A stretch of 64,000 bases of DNA, taken from positions 61,781-125,780 of the IMG/VR virus record IMGVR_UViG_3300026522_000023; one strand, 5' to 3'. Under the pieces are notes generated by a model, which was not told the DNA's origin, searched no databases, and was given only the letters and a program-made list of their open reading frames with translations. Shown piece after piece: positions 56,458-64,000 of this stretch; within the stretch, counting starts at the first letter, position 1, and each line of letters begins with the position of its first letter. The DNA comes from a virus. Its lineage: Duplodnaviria; Caudoviricetes. Made by a program: the position numbers and the translations under genes.

Positions 56458-57186
56458 ATGAAAGGAATTGATATTATGCCGGTTGCTAAGAGTTTTCAGT
56501 CTTATACTCAGGTTGGTGACATTTTCATGTCAGGTGGTAAACAGTATGTAAATATGAAGAATCCTTCGACTGGCACAATTCGTAAGTGCCGCTGGTATAG
56601 CGATACTGAGTATGCGCGGTATTATCCAGAAGTCAAAGTAATTAAGGCGGGCAAGACTCAGAAAGAAGTTCTTGGTTTTGAAAAGGGCTATATTACTATC
56701 TTCAAGGGTAATTGTTACGAGGACCGCGAATGGTTTAAGCAGTCTTCTGCTCGTTATACTCGTTTGTGGGGTTGGTATTTCATTTCTATTGAAGAACTGC
56801 CTGCGGATTTGCCGACTGATGTAACTCCCATCCAGTTAAAGTGGGAAGATGTTGGCGGCGAAGATGGTAAATTGTTCCCTGATGCTAAGGTAAAGGCATT
56901 TGTTGATACTCTACTTTATGATGAAGATCCGAGTGAATATGTTGGTGAAATTGGTCAGCGTATTGAACTTACTGTTACTGTCGTAAAGACTTATGACATT
57001 GATGGACAGTTCGGTGTAGCTACGATGCATACTTTCAAAGATGAAAATGATAATATTTTCCTTTGGACAACTGCTTCTAAGAAATGGGAAGTAGGTACTG
57101 TTCATCATATTCGTGGTACAGTTAAAGATCATAAAATGTTTAGAAATTGTAAGGAAACTATTCTCTCAAGATGTATGGAGATTTAA
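56458..57186 (+). CDS. Hypothetical protein with C-terminal OB-fold-like domain
   Basis: YVGEIGQRIELTVTV...FKDENDNIFLWTT...IRGTVKDHKMFR; the true start is probably the downstream MPVAKS. Confidence 0.55.
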   Translation: MKGIDIMPVAKSFQSYTQVGDIFMSGGKQYVNMKNPSTGTIRKCRWYSDTEYARYYPEVKVIKAGKTQKEVLGFEKGYITIFKGNCYEDREWFKQSSARYTRLWGWYFISIEELPADLPTDVTPIQLKWEDVGGEDGKLFPDAKVKAFVDTLLYDEDPSEYVGEIGQRIELTVTVVKTYDIDGQFGVATMHTFKDENDNIFLWTTASKKWEVGTVHHIRGTVKDHKMFRNCKETILSRCMEI

Positions 57187-57488
57187 TATGGGAAAAGTAA
57201 AAGAATATTACATTGACGAAGATATGTTAGAAGCTCTTGGCGTAATTCGACACAAGAAAAATATCTATACTATTATGCAAGATATTTTTAAAGAATATGA
57301 AGTAACCAGCATGGAGAATAATTCTCATTATGAGACTCACAGATGCCGTAATGGAGCGATTTCTGACCTTATAAAAGCGCTGAACAGTTATGGATATAAA
57401 TATGGGGTTGATTTTACATGGTATCCCAATTTTTGGAATAGTTATGTATTTGCTTGGACTGAAAACAAAGCTATTTTTATTACTGTAA

Positions 57489-57935
57489 TTGAAGAAGGAT
57501 GGAAAGAAAATGTCAAAACGTAAAAATTATTTTTGTGATTGTATTTGGAATAAAGATAAAGCTTATTGGGAAGGATCTCATAGCTCCAAGAGTAAGCAGA
57601 ATCTGAAACGGAAAATTGTAAAAGTAATTAAAGATCTAAATGACAATGTTCTTCATGACAATCTATGGCGTGGGCGTTTTTATGTAACCTGCGATTCGAT
57701 TCAATACACTAATTATAGTGATGGTAGTGGCACTTATGGCTGGGTCTATCTAACTTTTTGTGATTTGGCTACTGGACAGGTTTCTCAGGTTATGTTTAAT
57801 GATTTTGATTTTACTATGTTCAATGGCTATAAAGTATGGGAAAGATTGAATTCTTTTATTGTAGATGATTGCGATGTTTGGCGCAATAAGGATATCAATG
57901 TCTATGCCGATAAGACCGTGTATCGTATCATTTAA
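57489..57935 (+). CDS. Hypothetical protein
   Basis: Operonic ORF of about 140-148 aa. Confidence 0.55.
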   Translation: MKKDGKKMSKRKNYFCDCIWNKDKAYWEGSHSSKSKQNLKRKIVKVIKDLNDNVLHDNLWRGRFYVTCDSIQYTNYSDGSGTYGWVYLTFCDLATGQVSQVMFNDFDFTMFNGYKVWERLNSFIVDDCDVWRNKDINVYADKTVYRII

Positions 57936-57946
57936 GGAGAATTAAT

Positions 57947-58405
57947 ATGTTTATTGTATTTTTTGTAATTTGTCTCGTTTGTATTAGTTTGGGTGTTATC
58001 CTTTGGTTTAAGAAGTCTTATTCTGATGCTGGTCCTGCAGTGTTTGCCATTTCACTTATTGCGCTTGTTGTTATAGTAATTTGTAGCCTTTATAATATAA
58101 ACAAAATTGTTAAAGCTAATACTATTGAACAGAAAATTGCTGTATATCAGGAAGAAATGACTAATATTGAAAATAGTATTAATCCTGTTGTTCAGAACTA
58201 TTTAGACCATGAAAAAGAGACTTATACTGCGCTGACTCCTGATAATGCTGTTATTTTTGCTTCTATTTATCCTGAACTGTCTAGTAATGAAATTGTTCAG
58301 AAGCAGCTAAATATTTATAATGAGTATTTAATTTCAATTAAAAATCTAAAATTGGAGATTGCTGAAATCTCTACTGCGAAATGGTGGTTGTATTTTGGAC
58401 AATAA
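57947..58405 (+). CDS. Membrane protein with coiled coil
   Basis: Two TM segments; ...YPEL...KWWLYFG. Confidence 0.65.
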   Translation: MFIVFFVICLVCISLGVILWFKKSYSDAGPAVFAISLIALVVIVICSLYNINKIVKANTIEQKIAVYQEEMTNIENSINPVVQNYLDHEKETYTALTPDNAVIFASIYPELSSNEIVQKQLNIYNEYLISIKNLKLEIAEISTAKWWLYFGQ

Positions 58406-58703
58406 ATTTGGAAAATTAACTAGTCATCTTGTAGATGCTTTTGTGTTCGCAGTTATGATTGCTGCTATTGTAGTTTTGATATTGCGATAAGGAGGTTAAT
58501 TATGGATTGTGATCCTGCGGTTCTTGGACTTCTTGCCTGTATTTGTATTATGGGAATTGCTTTCGCTTTAGATTGTTGGCATCGAGTGAAATAATAAAAG
58601 GGAGGAGATAATCCTCCCTTTTTTGATTTTATAAAAAATAAATGATATAATATATATGTAAGATAAAGAAAGAGATAAATGAAATAAAGGAGAGTGCGTA
58701 GAT

Positions 58704-58934
58704 ATGGAATATTGCTATTTTACTTACACAGTTGGTGTCCGTCATGGTGATGAAGTCGAATATTTTTATGGTATTACGACTGGCGAAGATTATAGCGATG
58801 CTATGGGCAATGTTTATGAGGAATATTGCACTAAGGATATTACACAGATTATCATTGAAGATTTTGATAATCGCGCTTGTCTTGAAATGACTAAGAGCGC
58901 TTTGGAAGATTTTAAGAACGCAGTTAATTTCTAA
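58704..58934 (+). CDS. Small acidic hypothetical protein
   Basis: Promoter at 58623 and AAGGAG RBS. Confidence 0.6.
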   Translation: MEYCYFTYTVGVRHGDEVEYFYGITTGEDYSDAMGNVYEEYCTKDITQIIIEDFDNRACLEMTKSALEDFKNAVNF

Positions 58935-58945
58935 GGAGGGGTAAT

Positions 58946-59185
58946 ATGTATCACCATAGCAATCATTGCGCATTTGATTTATGGAGTCCAGTAGTTGATG
59001 ATTGCACTATAGAAAATAGAGCATTTTCTGCTTACGCATTTCATACTTCTGAGATTGAAAATATTATTGATAAAATTTGCGTAGGTGAGACTGAAATTAC
59101 TATTTCGAGTTTCTTGTCGCAAAGCGACCTTGATTACATTAAAAAAGAGGTTGAACGAAGAATGAATTAGGAGTTAGATAAATGA
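58946..59185 (+). CDS. Hypothetical protein (TAG at 59168 read through to TGA)
   Basis: Read-through gives an ATGA overlap with the next start at 59182. Confidence 0.55.
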
Positions 59186-60570
59186 TTATTTCTACTAATC
59201 AAATGAAGCGCATTTTTGATAAATTTAACTATCAAGTAAGTGTTAAATATTATCAGAAAATGCCGCGAGATGATTGGCGCAAAATTAAAACTGCTATTAA
59301 AGATGGCAGAATGTTTATTCTTAATATTTATGGTAAAGCATATCTTACTTTTGTTGAGAATTATAATGAGCCTCGTACAATGATTTCTTTTGAACGCCAT
59401 GATAGTTCATTTGGCGATTTTCTGTATGATTTGTTCCGGGATGATGATAAACTAGAGATGATTTATTGTATTAATGATTATCTCGATAAAGCACTTTGGA
59501 CTTCTACTTCTAAAGATGATACAGAAGATAAGTATATTAAGAATAAAGAATATATCAAAAATATTGATAATAAAGAAATTATTAATAACTTTAAACTTGT
59601 TGATGATGTTGTAAAGCAAGGCACTGGATATATTATGAGTTCTCAAGAAGTTAAAGAGGCTTTAGATAAAGTAAAATTAGCAACATCGGATTATTATAAT
59701 AGTGTTCAGCCTACAGCTTTTGCTTCTCAATCAGAAAATATTGGTTCTACTTCTAGTACTACAAGTACTACTGTTACTGTTGGTAGTACTAGCTCAGCAA
59801 CAACTATTCAGGTAGGAGATTATAATATTGGTTCTGGGAAAGCTATTGATGGTTATACTATCACTAATGGTACTATTTCTCTAACTGATAATATTGAAGA
59901 TACAGCACGAAAAGTTTTTAATGAAGAATGGAATAAAAGAAAGGAAAATGATAAAATGAAGTTTGGTAATTTTGATTTTGGTCCGATTAAGGATAATGAT
60001 AATATTCGTATGTCTCCTTATGGTCTGGCGGTAAAGAATGTAAATGGAACTTATCAGGCTTATGATAAGAATAGTGATGAAATTATGGACGTTGATGTTT
60101 TTAATTTCAAGGCTGATAATATGTTCTTTAAAATGCCGGTTGCTATTGATGCGATTAAAGTAGGAGATGTGATTGTTTTTAATCGTCGTCCGTGTTTTGT
60201 GGCAGGATTTTCTGAGCAGGGCGATGTAATTGCTATTGATATTTCTCTGGGTGAAAAGAAGACTATTTTGCCGACGAAATCTCCTTTTGGATTTAATTTT
60301 ATTACTAAAGTGATGAGTCTTTTTGACAATATGATGACTGCTCCTTCGAATGAGAACCCTCTGGGTAATATGTGGATGTTTGCCCTTCTTGATAATGATA
60401 ATCAGTCTATGAAGGATATTCTTCCTATGATGTTGCTTATGAATGGAGTGAATGGAAATACTAGCTTTAATCCTTTGATGTTCTATTTTATGTCTGAAAA
60501 AAATGATAAAGATAATGATTGGCTTTTGCCGATGTTTATGATGAATAATTTTTCGGGCAAGATTAATTAA
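59182..60570 (+). CDS. Multi-domain hypothetical protein with S/T linker and Met-rich C-terminus
   Basis: Intact 462-aa ORF. Confidence 0.65.
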   Translation: MIISTNQMKRIFDKFNYQVSVKYYQKMPRDDWRKIKTAIKDGRMFILNIYGKAYLTFVENYNEPRTMISFERHDSSFGDFLYDLFRDDDKLEMIYCINDYLDKALWTSTSKDDTEDKYIKNKEYIKNIDNKEIINNFKLVDDVVKQGTGYIMSSQEVKEALDKVKLATSDYYNSVQPTAFASQSENIGSTSSTTSTTVTVGSTSSATTIQVGDYNIGSGKAIDGYTITNGTISLTDNIEDTARKVFNEEWNKRKENDKMKFGNFDFGPIKDNDNIRMSPYGLAVKNVNGTYQAYDKNSDEIMDVDVFNFKADNMFFKMPVAIDAIKVGDVIVFNRRPCFVAGFSEQGDVIAIDISLGEKKTILPTKSPFGFNFITKVMSLFDNMMTAPSNENPLGNMWMFALLDNDNQSMKDILPMMLLMNGVNGNTSFNPLMFYFMSEKNDKDNDWLLPMFMMNNFSGKIN

Positions 60571-60622
60571 TTAATAAAGAACATCGGCCTCCTATTATAG
60601 AAACAAAATAGGAGGCCGATGT

Positions 60623-61483
60623 ATGGTTAAATTAAATTTAATAAATCAAAGATTTGGTAAATTAGTAGTAATTGATAGTGCGCCAAATACTGATTCAAGA
60701 TTAACTGCTTGGAAATGTCAATGTGATTGTGGAAATCAATGTATTTCTACAACTAAATAGTTGCGAAGTGGTAAGAAAAAATCTTGCGGATGTTTGTCTA
60801 AATTTTATAAAGATATTGAAATAGGAGACAAATATAATTATTTAACAGTTATATCTAAAAGTGAAAATCGAGATAAATATTGGAAATGTTAGTGTGATTG
60901 CGGCAATTTTACAGAAGTTTTAGATAGTAATTTAAAAAATGGTAATGTAAAATCTTGTGGTTGTTTAAGAAGATAGCCATCTTCTCGTAGAGTAGATATA
61001 ACAAATAAAAAATTTGGATATTTAACAGCTTTATATTATAATACAGAAAAGTCTTAGCCAAATAGAACTTATTGGCATTGTAAATGTGATTGCGGCAATG
61101 AATGTGACGTACTATTAGAAAATTTAGTATCTTCTAATAGGTTTCCATCATGTGGATGTTAGACAATTTCTCGTGGAGAAATGAAAATAGAGCAATTATT
61201 AAAAGAAAATAATTTTTCTTTTGAGAGAGAAAAGACCTTTGATAGTTGTATAAATCCAAAGACTAATAAATTATTGCGTTTTGATTTCTTTGTTAATAAT
61301 AGTTATTTAATTGAATTTGATGGTGAATAGCATTTTAAAGATGGATGGTTTGAGTCTTTAGAAGATGTTTAGTACAGAGATAATATAAAGACGCAATGGT
61401 GTAAAGATAATAATATACCATTAATACGAATACCTTATACTAAATATAAGGATTTAACTATTAATGATTTAATTTTAATTTAA
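60623..61483 (+). CDS. Free-standing homing-endonuclease-like protein: three WxCxCDCGN...SCGC repeats plus a DUF559/Vsr-like nuclease, 286 aa (TAG=Gln; missing from the ORF track)
   Basis: GGAGG RBS; WKCQCDCGN, WKC*CDCGN, WHCKCDCGN; SRGEMKIEQLL...LRFDFFV...LIEFDGE*HF...RDNIKTQWC...LIRIPY. Confidence 0.85.
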
Positions 61484-61653
61484 TGTTATATTCTTATTTT
61501 TGTTGGTAATCAGCGGAAGTAAGTTAATATATATAGAACCCCTTTCAAAAGATTCCCCTCTTTGTTTGGCCGCAGAGAGGGGAATTGATTTTTATATAAA
61601 AATTTGATATAATATATATAGAAGATAAAAGAAAGTGAGAGTTGGTATTCTAA

Positions 61654-63513
61654 ATGGCTTTGTGCAATTATTTAAGTAATGAAGATAAATCAATATTTTG
61701 TAATTGGATCAATATGTATGGCGGCATGAGTGACAATAAAGATCCTGATCTTGATGTAGAAAATGTCGATCATATTTTGCGGTTTTGGGATAAGGAGAAA
61801 GTAACTCTTTGGAAGATGCTTGGTGAAAAATTTACTATTTCCAAAGATGTAACTTTTAAACGTTCTGAGCGTCAGTCTAGATCTGATTTTGAAGATTGTC
61901 TTGGTTATTGGCGGGGTGGTTATAAGTTTATTCGTGAATATCAAGACTTTACTGCTGATAAAAGAAATCTTGAGACGCCAGAAAGTTATCATGATCCTCT
62001 TTATAAAGTAAATCGGTTTGAAGATATTATGGCTTTGAGAGAGCTAACTACTTTTGAAAGCCTTCATAATAATATTTATACGGGTGATTCTTTTACTATT
62101 ACTCGTAGTGATGATGGACAAACAATGTTAGTCAATAAAGGTGCCAAAATCAGTAAATTACTTGGTAAGTTGGCAAAATTCTTTGAGCTGTCAGAAGCAA
62201 AATATGAAGAATTTAGAATTGCTCATTCTCAATTTTTAAATCAAGATACTATTAAAGGTACACTTTGTTTGTCAATTCATCCCATGGATTATGTAACCAT
62301 GAGCGATAATGATTGCGATTGGGATAGTTGTATGAGTTGGCGTAATGAAGGCGATTATCGTATTGGCACTGTTGAAATGATGAACTCTCCTTGCGTCCTT
62401 GTTGCTTATCTTCGCGCGAAAGAAGATATGGAATTTGGCTGGGGTGAGAAGCTTTCACATTGGAATAATAAGAAATGGCGTCAGCTTTATATTATCACCA
62501 AAGATTTAATTAGCGATATTCGTCAGTATCCTTGGCATAATGATGAATTGAATGGTCTTTGTATGAAATGGATTAGAGATCTTGCGGCTACTAATCTTGG
62601 TTGGCAATATAGTAATCTTTGTACTTATTATAATAATTTCCGCGATGCTAATTATAATAATTTTTGTTTGGAATTGAGTGATAAGCCTTATTCAATTAAC
62701 GTCTATTGTGATAAGATGTATAATGATGTTTATTCCAAAAATCAAAAATGTTTTATTGGCATTGAAGCACCGCACGAAATTGACATTGATTATTCTGGTT
62801 ATAGCGAATGTATGAATTGTGGCGAAGAGATTGGTGACATTAGTGATACTTGTATGTTACTTTGTGATAATTGTTCTAATGCTATAAGATGTAGTTGTTG
62901 TGGCGACATTATCCATAATGATGATTACTATTGGGTGGACGATGATACTTGTCTCTGTTATGACTGTTATGCTGAAAAAGCAGGTACGTGTGAAGACTGT
63001 GGTGACGCTTTCTATAATGAGGATTTGAATGAAATTCGTCTTTATAAAGATAATAAATTAACTTGGCGTTCTGGTTATCTTTGTTACAATTGTAAGAGCG
63101 ATTATGAAGAAGCTGGATTAATTATTAGTGATCCTATCAAATCATCTTTCGGAGTCCATTATCGAGTAGATTTTGAAACTTTGATGGAATCGGATAGTGA
63201 AGCTGCTGATAGACTACGAGATATTTTTTCTATTAATAGTGAAGAAGGCCGGCAATGGTTTCTTGATAGTTTAAAAGATTAGTCTTAGTCTTAGGCGGAA
63301 GCAAAAATAACTAATCCTCTAGAATATATGTTATGGGATAGTTTAAATAAAGCTTTACAAGAAGTTATTGGACCTTATAAAGCAATAGGAACTACTTTCC
63401 AACAATTAAAAGATGGATTAGTAACTATTCCAGAAGAAGAAATGACTGAAAAAGCAGCAGATGCTTTAAAGGAACATTATGAACAATTTGTTGATTTCAG
63501 AAAAGTTATTTGA
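61654..63513 (+). CDS. Hypothetical protein with CxxC Zn-ribbon repeats; 542 aa in code 11, 619 aa in code 15
   Basis: Track ORFs 61654-63282 and 63328-63513 are in frame, joined through TAG TCT TAG TCT TAG. Confidence 0.65.
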
Positions 63514-63688
63514 TTTTTAATAAAAAATAAGATATAATATATATGTAAGATAAAGAAAGGGCAAGAGAAATAAAGAAAAAACTTTTACCCCGACTTTAAA
63601 TCTTAATTGATTTTTAACAAAAAATAAGATATAATAAATATACAAAGAATAAATAAACTTTAAAAATGAAAGGTTAAAGGTGTTAATT

Positions 63689-64000
63689 ATGGAAAAGATT
63701 ACGAAGCGCGAAATGTACGAAGCAATTGCTGAGGCTATGAAGACTGGCGAATGCCGTTATGATCCGGCTGAGGTTATTTCGTTCTGTGAGAATGAAATTG
63801 ACCTGCTTGATAAGAAGGCGGCAAAGGCTAAGGAGCGTGCTGCGGCGAAGGCTGCTGAGGGTGATATTCTGACTGCGCTGGTTCGTGCGGCTCTGACTAC
63901 TGACGAGTTTAAGTCCATTGCTGATGTAACTGCGATGGTTGCTGAAGAGGAGCCGGATGTTACTGCGGCGAAGGTTTCTTATCGTCTGTCTTCTCTGGTT
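63689..64000 (+). CDS. Winged-helix-like DNA-binding protein, divergent paralog 3 (partial)
   Basis: MEKITKREMYEAI...VISFCENEIDLLDKKA...SIADV...TAAKVSYRLSSLV parallels the 41866/46132 proteins; tandem promoters upstream. Confidence 0.6.
   Translation, partial: MEKITKREMYEAIAEAMKTGECRYDPAEVISFCENEIDLLDKKAAKAKERAAAKAAEGDILTALVRAALTTDEFKSIADVTAMVAEEEPDVTAAKVSYRLSSLV

Larger units (their letters stand above)
51423..63635 (+). promoter_or_regulatory. Family of TTGATT-17-TATAAT promoters, most directly after a stem-loop (span of the family)
   Basis: -35 boxes at 51423, 53198, 55090, 56409, 58623, 61585, 63510 and 63607, with a conserved T-run/A-run spacer. Confidence 0.8.

Overview
The window is part of a large tailed dsDNA phage genome, probably a long-tailed siphovirus of a spore-forming Bacillota/Clostridia host. 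The host call rests on an SpoVT-like gene, an AbrB-like gene, a SleB-family hydrolase, and Firmicutes-type promoters and RBSs. The supplied ORF track is fragmented because the phage reads TAG as Gln (translation table 15). Read that way, 1-33.1 kb becomes a gap-free minus-strand morphogenesis module: TerL, portal, protease/scaffold, capsid, neck/tail genes, a 3078-aa tape measure protein and a 1748-aa tail protein with an S74 chaperone domain. 36.1-48.1 kb is a visibly GC-richer early island with no in-frame sense TAG. It is built from about 30 promoter+RBS+small-gene cassettes and is punctuated by about six related hairpin/back-to-back-promoter elements and several ORF-less structured RNA candidates. 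49.9-50.2 kb has an iteron-like origin candidate. 51.4-64 kb is an AT-rich block with a second promoter class (TTGATT-17-TATAAT). A third motif, GG(G/C)(C/T)(A/T)-N8-TAA, was found only ahead of TAG-containing genes. Two genes have TAG clusters placed so that the genetic code in use would set protein length. Product names come from motif recognition and gene order; no searches were run, and long ORFs were checked by frame arithmetic and spot translation rather than codon by codon. No tRNA, integrase or CRISPR array was seen.
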